Positions 12,301 through 25,860 of a stretch of DNA of 64,000 nt are shown piece after piece. Where the stretch lies: the NCBI GenBank assembly GCA_951406725.2, contig OX597838.1:16926001-16990000 (forward strand). Reading direction: 5' to 3'. How positions within the stretch are numbered: position 1 is the first letter of the stretch; every line of letters starts with the position of its first letter. Position numbers and translations under genes: made by a program. Source of the stretch: Octopus vulgaris. Lineage: Eukaryota. The notes beneath the pieces were generated by a model. That model was not told where the DNA came from, did not search any database, and saw only the letters and a program-made list of their open reading frames with translations.

Positions 12301-12854
12301 TCCAGACATATGACCTTAACATTGGCTGCTTCCCTGCACTGGCTGCTCCACAACCAAGTGCAGGGTTACCAACCACCGACCACCAGTGCCTGCATAGTCT
12401 GACCCCCACAGCCTTGTGCATCCCCTGCAAACCACTAATTTCATCTCCACATAAGGGGTATGCACACATGCAGATATATAAACACACATACAAGCATCTA
12501 CATGCACGCACCCTACTCACATATGCCTGCACACTTACCCCCATATATATATTCCCACACACACCTACACACATGCACATTTGTGTACACACATACGTGC
12601 ACATACACACATGTATGCAGATGTATATGCACACACACACACTGCACACATACATGCAGACATACCCACAAGCATCTCAAATTTTTGTTGTTTTTTTTAT
12701 TCCTTATATTCTGTATCCTCATAATGTTTTTTTATTTTTCACGTTTTATCTTCATTACATATCTTATGATGTTTCATATTGTATTCATTTTATTATTCTA
12801 GCTCATCTGGTTTTATTGCCCATGAGTTGTCAATCTCTTAGCCTTATGCAAAGA

Positions 12855-13636
12855 TAGAGTCAATGTAGCAAAGACCAAAGTTATAGTAAGTAGGAAGGTG
12901 AACTCATCACACACCCCCTCAGGTAGGTGGCCCTGCTCGATCTGTAGAAAAGGTCAAGGTAGAAACTCCATAAGATGTACCCAGCGTAAGCTATGGACGC
13001 ATAAGAGGTGCAACAATATCAAAGGAAAATTAACCGAGAAGATGGCTTTCATGTGCGGCAGATGCAGAGGGGCAATAGACACCACAGATACTCAGAAAAC
13101 AGATTCCATCACACACCAAGGGGAGAAACTAGAGTAGTTGATAGTTTCCGCTACCTAGGTGACCAAGTTAGTAGTGGGGGTGGATGTTCAGAGAGTGTTA
13201 CCACTAGAATACGAATAGCCTGGGCAAAGTTAAAGAAAGCTTCTACCCCTACTGGTGACAAAGGGTCTCTCACTCAGAGTGAAAGGTAGATTGTACGATG
13301 CATGTGTGCAAACTACCATGCTTCACGGCAGTGAAACATGGGCTGTGACTGCAGACGACATCCGTAGGCTTGAAAGAAATGAAGCTAGCATGATCCACTG
13401 GATGTGTATTGTCAGTGTGCACACACGACAGAATGTAAGCGCCCTGAGAGAAATGCTGGGCATAAGAAGAGAGACGTTTGTGCTGGTATGGTCATGTACT
13501 ACAGATGAATGAGGAGAGATGTGTGAAGAAGTGCCACTCCCAAACAGTTGAAGGAATCTGGGGTAGAGGTAGACCCAGGAAGACATGGGATGAGGTGGTC
13601 AAGTATGACCTTAAACGTTGGGCCTCACAGAGACAA
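12855..13636 (+). mobile_element. RTE-clade LINE fragment (post-RT region, degenerate)
   Basis: WPCSICRKG...WTHKRC, VVDSFRYLG, KGRLYDACV...LHGSETW and GRGRPRKTW motifs, with frameshifts. Confidence 0.9.
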
Positions 13637-14079
13637 TGAAATAAGTCATGTAAATGAAACAGAGTGGAGGCACAATGGCCCAGTGGTTTCGATTCCCAGA
13701 CTGGGCGCTGTGTTTGTTTATTGAGCGAAAACACCTAGAGCCTCAAGAGGCTCTGGCAGGGGGTCGTGGCAACCCCTGTTGTACTCCTTCACCCCAACTT
13801 TCTCTCACTCTTTCTTCCTGTTTCTTGAGTAACGCTGCGATGGACTGGCCTCTCGTCCAGCTGGGGGGAACACATACGCCAAAGAAACTTTCAGAGGTAC
13901 CTAACAACAACAACAATTGTCTAGGCCTACATAACAACAACAAGATATGCTGTGACTGCGAAGAGCTGACAAATAACGTAAATTCATGGCTGTTTCCTGC
14001 ACCAGCAAATAACGTGAGTTCCACATTATATATCAGCAGTTTGATAAACCACCATCACTTCCATATATGGTATGTTCAG

Positions 14080-14445
14080 AGGTTTTCTAATGTTCTACAG
14101 CATGAGGACCAGAGGCGTGAGGTGTTCAGAATTGCAAAGCAGTGTATTAGCGAGAATAGAGATGTGGTGGGTGAGAAATGTGTGCAAATGGATAATGGTA
14201 TGCTTGTACTTAGTGACTCAGAGATGAAAGACGCATAGAGGTGCCATTATGAAAGGTTATTAAATGTAGAAAATGAATGGGAGAAGGAGAGTCTTTCAAA
14301 TATCAAACCAATTGCGGAACCAGCCAGCAGAGTTGATAGCAGTATAATGGAGAATGCAATTAAGGACATGCTGACAGGGAAAGCCTCTAGACCATTGGGT
14401 ATCACTGCTGAGATGATTAAAATATCTGATGGTGTGGGATACAGC
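14080..14445 (+). mobile_element. RTE LINE fragment (pre-RT region)
   Basis: EVFRIAKQCISENRDVVGEKCVQMD, homologous to sequence from 25861 onward; contains stops. Confidence 0.8.
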
Positions 14446-14958
14446 CCAGTTGTGCTTTTTACGTGCCACCGGCACAGGTATCACAACTACAATTTCCATT
14501 TGATTTTTATTTGATGTTGATGTACTTGACTCAATAGATCTCCTCAAGCACAGCAGGTCGCCCTATGATCCAAGGTAAGCACAGCAGGCCGTCCTGCGAT
14601 CCAAGGTACTTTGGATGGGCTGGGGCTGCAATGTGAAGCTGGTGCAGGAGACAGTCGTGAACTCACATTATATGTCGGGTCTTTGCAGTCACCACATATC
14701 TCTTTAAGAAATCCACTGATGACCTTCACAACTCTAATCCATCAAATCCATTCAAATAATCTAAACCCATAACTTAGATCTACAGCAAGAGAACAAGCAT
14801 CCTTCTGCCATCAGTCAACTTTAGAATTTTCACCATCACCCACTGTACTATCATCCATTCATTGATGTTTCTCAAATACCTCTTTCATGTCCAAATCATG
14901 CCTCTTTGAAATTTATTACAATCTAAGAAGAGAAGAAGAAAAATAGTCATGTACTTAC

Positions 14959-15035
14959 GTAATGAGAAATGATGCAAAAATCTCAGCTGCAGTAAGTATG
15001 GGAAGTATCCGCAACATACTTTTCTTTCGTGGAGC
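14959..15035 (-). CDS. DRAM: Coding exon of the DRAM-like gene: APRKKSMLRILPILTAAEIFASFLI(T), first transmembrane helix
   Basis: Pyrimidine tract plus AG acceptor (15036-15037) and GTAAGT donor (14953-14958). The open frame gives a hydrophobic LP-containing helix like DRAM TM1 and is phase-compatible with both neighbouring exons. Confidence 0.82.
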
Positions 15036-15277
15036 CTTTTGGAGATGGAAAAGAAAAATTATGCAATTTAATGAATATTAATAAAATAAAAGAATTTTCA
15101 AGAATTTCAAATTATAATATAAGGAAACATATTGGGAATATGGTTCAACAAATAGTATTTTAGAATGTCTAATGGAATTAAAAATTATTTTTATGCATTT
15201 GTGTACATTTAAACTAATTAAATATTATTTTACAGAATAATGGAATTAAAATTTCTTTGATTAAAACCCTTTCTAAT

Positions 15278-16265
15278 ATGGAAGTATCCAAAGAGCATTT
15301 GAGGCACATAATGCTTTATGAATACAAAAAAGGAAACTTTGCAGTCAAAGCGACTTGAAACATATACTCAGGACGTCCAGTTGAGTTTGATGATAAGCTC
15401 CTTAAGGCATTACTTGAAGAAAATCCTGCATTATCAGTTGAAGAATTGGCAATAAAGCTTATTTCAAACCATACAACTGTTCATCGTCATCTTCAACAAC
15501 TTGGAAAGGTTCCTAAACTTGGAAAATAGGTTCCTCATGAATTGTCCAAAAGCAACCACAAATCTCGAGTCGACATCTGCTCTTCTCTTCATTCTCGTGA
15601 ACTCATTTCTCCTTTTTTGGATAGACTTGTGACGAAAAATGGATCTGCTACCGAAATGTTAAATGTCATAAACAGTGGCTTAGTAAAAGGGAAAAAGTTC
15701 AACTACAACCGAGAAGGGAACTTCATGGAAAAAAGGTTCTTCTCTCTATCTGGTGGGATTGCAAAGGAATAATTCACTTTGAATTGTTACCACATAATGC
15801 AACAATCAATGTTCAAGTCTACTGTCAGCAATTAGAGTGTTTGAACCAAGTGTTGAAGAAAGAAAGACCTGCTTTAGTGAATCGAAAAGGAGTGATGTTT
15901 CATCAGGACAATGCGCGACCCCACACTGCAAAGATCACATTACAGAAGATTGAAGAGCTTGGTTGGGAAAGAATTCCTCATCCACGTTATTCTCCCAACT
16001 TTGCTCCTTCAGACTACCATTTGTTTTGTGTAGTTAACAGAATAATTTGGGAGACATAACTTTCACAAGCCAGGAGGAGGTCGAAACTGACATTTCAGAG
16101 TTCTTTGCTTTGAAACCAAAAGAGTTTTACATTGATGGGATTAAAAAGCTTGAAAACAGATGGAAGGAAGTCATAGATAATCAGGGAAAGTACATTGATG
16201 ATTAAATATAACATTTGATCACTTGTTTTCTTTATTAAAATTTCGGACAGAACTTATAGGATGAC

Positions 16266-16270
<5 letters not shown>
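15278..16270 (+). mobile_element. Mariner (DD34D) transposon, decayed, with right TIR
   Basis: MEVSKEHLRHIMLYEYKKGN, GK*VPHELS, FHQDNARPH, YSPNFAPSDYHLF and YIDD* motifs. The right end CGGACAGAACTTATAGGATGACC abuts TA. A reverse 3' fragment lies at 39657-39910. Confidence 0.9.
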
Positions 16271-16312
<42 letters not shown>

Positions 16313-16313
16313 T

Positions 16314-17221
16314 CTAGCTGACGTACCTGATAGTTCCTGGGAAAGTGTGGCTTATGCATTAGTTTTGTTCTAATAATTGTTTTGCTAATCCAATAACAAG
16401 AATACAAATTATGTAGTCCGTAAAACAGTTTCTGTGCATTTACATAGAATACCGAACCATCTAACTCAGGATCCTGTTTTTAGGAATTCCCAATAAGTTA
16501 TGAATACTAAAATTGTGAAGTCAGTTATGTAATAACATGAAAATAGCTACCCTATAGTAAGAATTCAAATAAAGAAACCTTGAAAAGGGCTTTAATGTGT
16601 TCCCAGAGTATATAGAACATAGGGGGAAATAGTAATAAGGTATGTATACCAAAAGTGTGAAGCATGTTAAGTAATAACAGGCTAATCAGATATGAAATAA
16701 TAACAATTCAATGTAAATAACTCTGAAAAGGGCTTTTGTGCATTCCCAGAGAATATTACTATAAGGGGCACAAGTGTTGGTATATTCGTGAATAAGTCAC
16801 TAACTAAAATAAGTGGATCTATTGTTTAGGAAAATACTATTTACTTGTAGAAGGGTTGCACTGGATAAATTGCGAAAATAACTTTAACAGTTCAAATACT
16901 AAGAAGTAAGCATACTCAATTTCATTTTTACCAAATAAATTAGGAAAATGAATGGGTTATTTCCCTTGGCACATTTAAGGATCCCTTCCAGGGGCGAATG
17001 GGTTCTTTCCCTTGGATTCTAAAATAAAATATATTAGAAATATAAAAGGATCCCTTCGAGGGGCCCTTTTATCGACTTTTCAACAATCTGAGCATGCCAT
17101 GAGGTTACCAGACATGAGTTCTACTCACATGTCAAGTTTCATCAAAATCCATAAAACGATGTAGGAGTTAGCTAACAACTCCACAAACACACCCACAGAC
17201 AGAATTTCCCACATAAGTAGA
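16314..17221 (-). mobile_element. Non-autonomous Helitron-like (Lep1-type) element, eroded
   Basis: Minus strand 5' TC... to ...CTAG 3'. Subterminal AAGTTTCATCAAAATCC and ACAGACAG features; the 3' hairpin is weak. Confidence 0.45.
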
Positions 17222-17287
17222 TATCTATCTATCTACCTACCTATCTGTCTATCTATCTATCTATCTATCTACCTACCTGTCTGTCTA

Positions 17288-17396
<109 letters not shown>

Positions 17397-17480
17397 ACAT
17401 TTCAAAATGTGACCCCGTGTGTACCGTCGGCGATTTTTTTTTCCTCTGTCTTCCCTTCTCTAGATCTTTCCTTCTCCTAT

Positions 17481-17515
17481 GTTTCCGACGAAGAGCTCCG
17501 CTCGAAACGTTAAAC
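17481..17515 (+). ncRNA. Minimal hammerhead-like motif (variant core CCGACGA) in a Penelope pLTR-like repeat
   Basis: GTTT-CCGACGA-A-GAGC-tcc-GCTC-GAAAC-GTT-AAAC, followed by an imperfect inverted repeat at 17530-17710. Confidence 0.55.
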
Positions 17516-18325
17516 CCTCCTTCTTTCCTTCCTTCCTGAGCGTCCAATAATACTATATTTGTTCCACGTCCTCGCGTTATGTTTTTTTGTGTTTTCTTGT
17601 TTGGATTAACTATGTATACGTATAGTAAATCCCCCAAAAAGAAGAACAAACAGAAAAAAACGATGCAAGGATGTGGTACGTGTAAAGTATTAGCAGATGC
17701 TCAGGGAAGGATAGAAAGATCTTTTAATTTTTTATTTTATTTCTGTATACACGCACACATACACACACACACAAATACATGCATCTGTGCACACACATGA
17801 ACGCACATATACCTCCCACACATACATGCACATACATACACCCACATACATGCACATACACATGCATACATGCACATACATGCCTCACACACATGCACGC
17901 GTGTGTATGTGTGTTTGTGTGTCTATGAGCATGTGTATATGTGAGTGTGTGCGTAGGGTTGTGTTATGTGGCGGTATATATTTCTTCCTGTGTGCATGCA
18001 TGTGTGTGTGTACATGTATGCATGTGTGTGCATGTGTGTGTGTGTATGTATGTGCATGTATGTGTGCTGTGTGTATGTGTGTGGGAGGTATATGTGCATT
18101 CATGTGCGTGCGCGGGTGCATGTATTTTTGCGTGTGTGCGTGTGTGTATATGTGCATGAGTGTATGCGTGCGCGTATACAGAAATAAAATAAAATATAAT
18201 AAAATAAGATGGATAAATAAAGAAAAAGGGAAAATGGGACAAGATGTAAAAAAAATTACAAAAATTAACAGATACAAGATAAAAAATATAAGATAAAGTA
18301 ATAAAATTAAAGCGATATCTGTATG

Positions 18326-18374
<49 letters not shown>

Positions 18375-18534
18375 GTGACTGTGCGGTAAGAAGCTTGCTT
18401 ACCAACCACACGGTTCCGGGTTCAGTCCCACTGCGTGGCACCTTGGGCAAGTGTCTTCTGCTAAAGTCTCGGGCCGACCAAAACCTTGTGAGTGGATTTG
18501 GTAGACAAAAACTGAAAGAAGCCTGTTGTGTGTG

Positions 18535-18593
<59 letters not shown>

Positions 18594-19014
18594 TTGTGTG
18601 TCTGTCCCACCCCCAACATCACTTGACAACTGATGCTGGTGTGTTTATGTCCCCATAACTTAGTGGTTCGGCAAAAGGGACCAATATTAGGCTTATAAAG
18701 AATAAGTCTTGGGGTCGATTTGCTCAACTAAAGGCGGTGCTCCAGCATGGCCACAGCCAAATGACTGAAACAAGTAAAATAGTAAAGAGTATATATATGT
18801 ATATCTATATATATATATATATAGTGTTAATATATTATATATAGTATTAATAAAATATGGATATATATAGGTGTGTGGGTATATATATATATATATATAT
18901 CACGTGATCACGTGACTGACCAGTCCATCAGATGTTGTTACACATCGCTGGTCACAATGCGTTCGCATTGTTTTAGCCTTCGAATGACGCCACCCCGCTG
19001 GCTAAGCGAGCAGG

Positions 19015-19080
<66 letters not shown>

Positions 19081-19951
19081 GTATATGTATATGTGTGTGT
19101 ATCTGTGCATGTATATACAGATATTTACATACGATGGGCGTACATTTAGTTCCTGTCTACCAAATTCACTCACTGGGACCATAGTAGAAGACACTCGCCC
19201 AATGTGTTGTGCATTGGGATTGAACTTGAAACCATGAGCTTTCGAAATGATCTCTTTAACCACACAGCCATGCCTGCATATTACACCAGAACTGTGATGA
19301 ACTGTTTGAAGATATTGTCACTATGAAGGTTTGAAAAATTGAATTTTAGATCCATTTTCAATCAGTGACAAACCAAAAATGTGATTCAAAGGAAAACTGA
19401 TAGAATTAAAGATTAATAAAGAGATTAAACTGCAAACAGTTGAACTGAAGAATTAAAAATGCAGTATTCTTTTATTGAGGAAGATGTGAAAGAATTTCTA
19501 TGGCTGTGTGAGAAGTACCTTGCTTACCAACCACATGGTTCCGGGTTCAGTCCCACTGCATGGCACCTTGGGCAAGTGTCTTCTACTATAGCCTCGGGCC
19601 GACCAAAGCCTTGTGAGAGGATTTGGGAGATGGAAACTGAAAGAAGCCCCTGGTATGTGTGTGTGTGTGTGTGTTTGTGTATGCTGGTGTGTCTACATCC
19701 CTGTAAACTTAGCAGTTCGACAAAAGAGACTGTTAGAATAAGTACTAGGCTTGCTAAGAATTAATTCCCGGGGTCAATTCGTCTGACTAAAAGTGGTGCT
19801 CCAGCATGGCCGCAGTCAAATAATTGAGACAAGTAAAAGAATAGATGAATATTACAAACTGAAACTGTTTCAAACACTTTGGAACAATTGAAATTCGGAT
19901 TATACAATATTAAATTTAATGAAAGAAAAATGTAATTTAATTTCCACTTAC

Positions 19952-19969
19952 TTTACGGCAGGGCAGCAT
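19952..19969 (-). CDS. DRAM: Probable start-codon exon of the DRAM-like gene (whole exon 19952-20000; CDS part MLPCRK)
   Basis: Acceptor cttttcAG (20001-20002) and donor GTAAGT (19946-19951). ATG at 19969 is preceded by an in-frame TAA and reads in frame (phase 0) into exon 14959-15035. Confidence 0.65.
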
Positions 19970-20553
19970 ATTGACGGAAGATTCTTAAATGGGTGGAAGT
20001 CTGAAAAGTTAGGGACACATATACATACAATTTGATCTAGACAATTATTGGTGTTATGTATACAGTCTAAACAGGAAATTATTTCTGGTTAATGTAAGCA
20101 GCACAGTGGAGTGTGTGAGTGCATGCAAGTGTGTGCACATGTGTATGTATGTGTGTGTGTCTGTGCGTGTGTGTGTGTGTGCACATGTGTATGTGTGTGT
20201 GTGTCTGTGCATGTGTGTGTATGTGTGAGAGCGCGAAACATTTAACACACAGTTGCTGTATAATCAGAAACCACTGCTAATATTTGATATGTCACAGTTT
20301 ACATGGAGCAACAAGATTGTAACATCTAATGGCTAGATATGTGTGTGTATGGGAAGGAATAGATATTTGTCATTGTGACAAACAACAAATGATGTATGCT
20401 TAAATATTATTTTAACCATAAAAAGGCATACATAACACAGTATACATATGTGTGTGTGAATGTATATATATATGTGTATGTGTGTGTGTGTGTGTATATA
20501 TATATACACACACATATATATGGACATATATATGTGTGTGTGTGTACATACAC

Positions 20554-20586
<33 letters not shown>

Positions 20587-20943
20587 TATACATACACACA
20601 CACACATATATATGGACATATATATGTATATATATATATATATATATACATATATTCTCAAATAATCTTTGCACTTGTGATTTTTTAATGTTTTTACCCC
20701 CATACCTTCGTGGGTTATTTTGAGTAAACACTATCTGAGAGAAATTCTCTTTAAGTATTAGAAATGGCTAAAAAATCTTTTTTGGCTGCTATTTCTAATG
20801 AGTTCAGTATGTGGCAAAGTAATTTATTTTACTAAGCCCTTTTATACAATGTAATATTTTGAATTCGCCTTAAATGGTCCCTTTACATACTGAATACTTG
20901 GTGAAATTGATTAATAACTAATTAATTTTACCCTCAATTGTTG

Positions 20944-20980
<37 letters not shown>

Positions 20981-21040
20981 CACACATATATATGTATATA
21001 TGGACATATACATGTATATATGGACATATATATGTATATA

Positions 21041-21081
<41 letters not shown>

Positions 21082-21239
21082 ACATCATCATCATTATCAT
21101 CATCGTTGAATGTCCGTTTTCCATGCTAGCATGAATTGGATGGTTCGACTGTGGTCTGGGAAGCCAGGAGGCTGCACCAGGCTGCAGTCTGATATGGCAG
21201 CGTTCCTACAGCTGGATGCCCTTCCTAACGCCGACCACT

Positions 21240-22350
21240 CTGTCCTCTGCAGTCACAGCCCATGTTTCACTGCCGTGAATCATGGCAGTTCACACACATG
21301 CATCGTACAATCTACCTTTCACTCTGAGCGAGAGACCCTTTGTCACAAGTAGGGGTAGAAGCTTTCTTTAACTTTGCCCAGGCTATTCTTATTCTAGTGG
21401 TAACACTCTCTGAGCATCCACCCCCACTACTAACTTGGTCACCTAGGTAGTGGAAACTATCAACTACGTCTATTTTCTTCCCCTGGAGTGTGATGGAATC
21501 TGTTTTCTGAGTATCTGTGGTGTCTATTGCCCCTCTGATTCTGTTGCACATGAAAGCTATCTTCTCGGTTAATTTTCCTTTGATGTTGCTGCACCTCTTT
21601 TGTGTCCATAGCTTACACTTGGTACATCTTATGGAGTTTCTACTTACACCTTTTCTACAGATAGAGCAGGGACGCCTACCTGAAGGGGTGTGTGGTGAGT
21701 TTGCCTTCCTACTTACTAGAACTTTGGTCTTAGCTACATTGGCTCTATGGCCTTTTGATTCTAAACCTTGCTTCCACACCCGAAAATTCTTTTCTAGTTC
21801 CGGTAGTGATTCTGCTATGAAAGCTGGTCATCAGCATAGAGGAGCTATGCATCTTGAATTCCTCTGTTATTGCCTGGAGGATTATGATGAATAAAAGGGG
21901 ACTGAGGGCTGAACTTTGGTGGACCCCTACTTCTACCCGGAATTCTTCACTACACACATTGCCAATCCAAACCTTACTAATGGCCTCTCTGTATAGGGCC
22001 TGTACAGCCCTTATTAACCATTCGTCAATCTCCAGTTTCCGCATTGCCCACCAGATAAGGGATCGGGGGACCCTGTCAAAGGCTTTCTCTAAGTCCACAA
22101 AAGCTAAGTATAGGGCTTTATCTTTGGCTAGGTATTTCTCCTGCAGTTGTCGAACCATGAATATGGCATCAGTGGTGCTTCTAACCAGCATAAAACCAAA
22201 CTGCATCGCATCTAAGCAGATTCTCTCCCGAATGACATGGGCTATGACCCTCTCTGTGACATTCATCACCTGATCCAGCAGTTTGATACCCATGTAGTTA
22301 TTTCTATCTAGAGCATCACATTTACCCTAGTAGCAGTTGACTATGGTGAT
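21240..22350 (-). mobile_element. RTE LINE copy with reverse transcriptase domain (pseudogenised)
   Basis: ORFs give QFGF...STTDAIF..RQLQEKY, AFVDLEKAFDRVPR, GVHQ.S.LSPLLF and the downstream Cys-rich finger. Confidence 0.92.
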
Positions 22351-22399
22351 GTTTATGTAGATTTATCATTAGTCTAAGAAGTTTACCATTCCACTCAAT

Positions 22400-23500
22400 T
22401 CAAAGAGAATATTCTTAGTTTAGAGATATTCATTGAATTTAAATTTTTTGGTTCTTGTTTTCACAGTTCTTATTCTAATAATTTTTATTATTATATAGAA
22501 TGTAATGTGTTTATTTGAATTGTTTAAACGTAAATTTTCTTGCATGAAGGTATCTTAGAGCATGTTCTTGTCTTGTGTAGATTAAATTTAGAAGTGAAGA
22601 TTTGGTACATTTCCTCTATGCAAAAGTCACATTTTTACTCCCTATTCTATAGAGTTTAGCCTTGCTAATAATATCCCAGCCAATTGAATACATTTTGTTA
22701 CTATCTTTCAGTGACCAAATTAATTTACTAAGGTTAGTATGATTTTTCTTCTCTCTAAACGTGAAAGAATTTTCATGGCTAGCTATTCTTTGTTTAATAA
22801 AAGGTGAGCTGGCACCTATATAGAAATACTCTTTTTCTTCTGATGTAACTTTGCACTTGTAAACCATATTTTTAATTTTACATTCAAAGTTTAAAGGAAA
22901 TTGTCTATTCCTTGTGCAATCACAGTTATTAGCTCTTCTAATTCCATTATTATTTTCTATGTTGGTTTCATTAAGGGTAATCTATAACTTATTTTGCCTA
23001 TTTTCCAGATTATTTCTTCTATTTTTACTGATGACATTCTGGTTAGTGCTCTTTCTAGCATTCTTGTCTTCCCTTTCTAGCCTCATGTCTGAGTTAGTTA
23101 TGGTTGATTTCCTTTGATTAATACTTCTGCTATATCTATTTCTCATACCCATAGCTTGGTTAATTATATCAACATACTATTTATTTCTAATCCACTATTT
23201 ATATTCGAGTTACTATCATCAGTATTCACATGGAAACTACTTAACTTACATTGTGTGTTGCTATAATTTGTGCAAGGTTTCAGCTATGAAAGCCTAAATT
23301 TATGCCTATTAAAAATATTTAAAATATTAGCTATTTTTTGCAAAATACTTTTCCATTGAAGAGTAGAACAATTTAGGAATGTTGGAAAGGATTGGCTTTC
23401 TGAAAGGAATTATATATAACTCATCATTACTAGAGATAATTTTACTAAAAAAGTTTGTGGTATGGTAGCCAGCAGTTTTAGTTAAGCACTTATTAAAAGT
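22400..23500 (-). pseudogene. Penelope-like element C-terminus with GIY-YIG endonuclease (degraded; remnant probably extends towards ~25100)
   Basis: ORF 22616-22867 reads MVYKCKV...YIGASS.FIKQRIASHENSF...NLSKLIWSLK...W.IISKAK.Y..GSK. Upstream IIPFRKPIPSNIPKLF...IFNRH resembles the PLE linker. Confidence 0.8.
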
Positions 23501-23859
23501 GTTTAACCTATTTCCCTGGTTTTTATATTTGGTCCTCTTGTTATTACAATCGTTAATTATTTGTGTAGTTCCATTGGACTGGTTCTCATAGTAGTTAACT
23601 CATTTATCTGGGTGTTTCAATTAATATCTAGGTTTCTTTTCACCTTATGTAGCCCTAATTCTTTAAAATCACTACTAATCATCATATTAGTTGGTATCCA
23701 TGGTTATTTTCTAAGTGTTCAGAATTCCTAGCCTTATCTTTTCCCTTAGTCCTTAGCTGGCTATTATTTGTTTTTTTTTTTCCCCTGTTGTCTAGTATAC
23801 TGCGCTAATTGTTTTAATTGTCCTTCTCACTAATTTTTTTTATTTTATCGCTTTTGCTG

Positions 23860-24596
23860 AACAAGACATTTGTACTCAGAGCCAGAGGCAGTTTCAGCCA
23901 GGTTGGTATCAAAAGGGTTAAATATAACAAAGAATTTAGTAACATAACTTAGTTGTCATTCAGCTAGTGTTAGGAACATAAATTGTGACTAAGGTTTGGT
24001 GGAAGATTTTAATTCAAAACTTATGTAAACAAAACATTTGTACTACAGAGCCAGAACTGGTTTCAGCCAGGTTGGTATCGAAAGGGTTAAATATAACAAG
24101 GAATTTAGTAAAATAACTTAGTTATCATTAAGCTAGAGTTAGGAACATAAATTGTGATTAAGGTTTGGTGGAAGATTTTAATTCAAAACTTATGAAAACA
24201 AGACATTTGTACGACAGAGCCAGAGGCGGTTTCAGTTGGGTTGGTATCAAAAGGGTTAAATATAACAATGAATTTAGTAAAATAACTTAGTTATCATTAA
24301 GCTAGAGTTAGGAACATAAATTGTGATTAAGGTTTGGTGGAAGATTTTAATTCAATACTTATGAAAACAAGACATTTGTACTACAGAGCAAGAGGCAGTT
24401 TCAGTTGGGTTGGTATCAAAAGGGTTAAATATAACAAATAATTTAGTAAAATAACTTAGTTATCTTTCAGCTAGTGCTAGGAACACAAATTGTGACTAAG
24501 GTTTGGTGGAAGATTTTAATTCAAAACTTATGAAAACAAGAGATTTGTACTCAGAGCCAGAGCCAGTTTCAGCTGGGTTGGTAACGAAAAGGTTAA
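23860..24596. repeat. Tandem array of ~4.4 x 169-bp units derived from the TTAA MITE
   Basis: The anchor AAAGGGTTAAATATAACA recurs at ~23912, 24081, 24250 and 24419 (period 169), and the array ends GAAAAGGTTAA at 24596. The unit is the reverse complement of 7804-7976. Confidence 0.9.
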
Positions 24597-25768
24597 TGCT
24601 CTAAGAATGTTATATCCTGAATATATGTTGCTGAAATTAGAGTGTGTCTAACATGTTAGTACTTTTTGATGCAGTAATTTCTGTTGTATAGACCTATGTA
24701 AGAAATATTTACTGCTAAACAATATAATTAAATACGAAAGCTAACTGTAATTCCTTTTTTGGTATACTGCTTATATTTATGTATTAAGTAAAAGAAATAA
24801 TGTAATAATAGGCTCACCTTGTTTGACAATCTAAGTTTGATGAATGAAAGAGTTGAGAAAATCCAATTGTTAGATGTATCAGATAAAAAAAACCGCGAAA
24901 AACCTTTTAAAGTGGCTCTGATGTAGTGTGAATCTGTGAATATTTTATCTATAGTAGCCTCCCAAAAATAACTGATAAAAAATTTGAAGAGTTATCTTGA
25001 ACAGTGTATGGTTGTTAATAGATATCAATGCATGTGTATAAATCTTATATCACAATAAAAGGATTGTTAATGCGGTAATTAGTTTTTGAAGTGCTTGGCT
25101 AACGTTAGGCTTTGTTCAATGTCACTGGCCAACCAGAACATTTGTTGTTAAGGACTTGATATCAGAAGCAAGATCATGATACAATTAACAGCTGAAACAG
25201 GAACGTGCTGAACTAAAGAGATACCAATCCCACCAGCTAGAAACTATTTTCAAATTTTTCAAATACATTTTTCTTCATAATTTGTATCTTATGACAACAA
25301 GTTCAATTGAATACATCCTGTGTTTATGTCATTCTTTCTCAGAATTTTACATTCACTCTAACAAAAATTAGACAGGGGGTCATTGCTTTCATCAATTATA
25401 ACTGCCACGTGTTTGTGTATGCGTATGAATGAGTACGTGTGTGTATGCGTGATTGTGTGTGTGTGTGTATACATTTATTTTCTTTTACTTGTTTCAGTCA
25501 TTTGACTGTGGCCATGCCGGAGCACCGCCTTTTAGTCGAGCAAATCGCCCCCAGGACTTATTCTTTGTAAGCCTAGTACTTATTCTATCACTCTCTTTTG
25601 CTGAACCGCTAAATTATGGGGGATGTAAACACACCAGCATCGGTTGTCAAGCGATGTTTAGGGGACAAACACAAACACACACACACACATATATACAGAT
25701 ATATGACAGGCTTCTTTCAGTTTCTGTCTACCAAATCCACTCACAAGGCCTTGGTTCGCATACGTATA

Positions 25769-25815
<47 letters not shown>

Positions 25816-25860
25816 ATATATACACACACGTGTATATATGTATGTACCCTTTTACTTAAA

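Noticed and set aside
14959-15035. Alternative frame STKEKYVADTSHTYCS-TGA suggesting a SWIM-like or selenocysteine peptide
   Set aside because: Phase-incompatible with the neighbouring exons; the DRAM frame explains the exon fully.
25453-25860. N-terminal ~135 aa of the 492-aa ORF
   Set aside because: Chance read-through of an antisense SINE and (AT)n into the RTE frame; not a real fusion protein.
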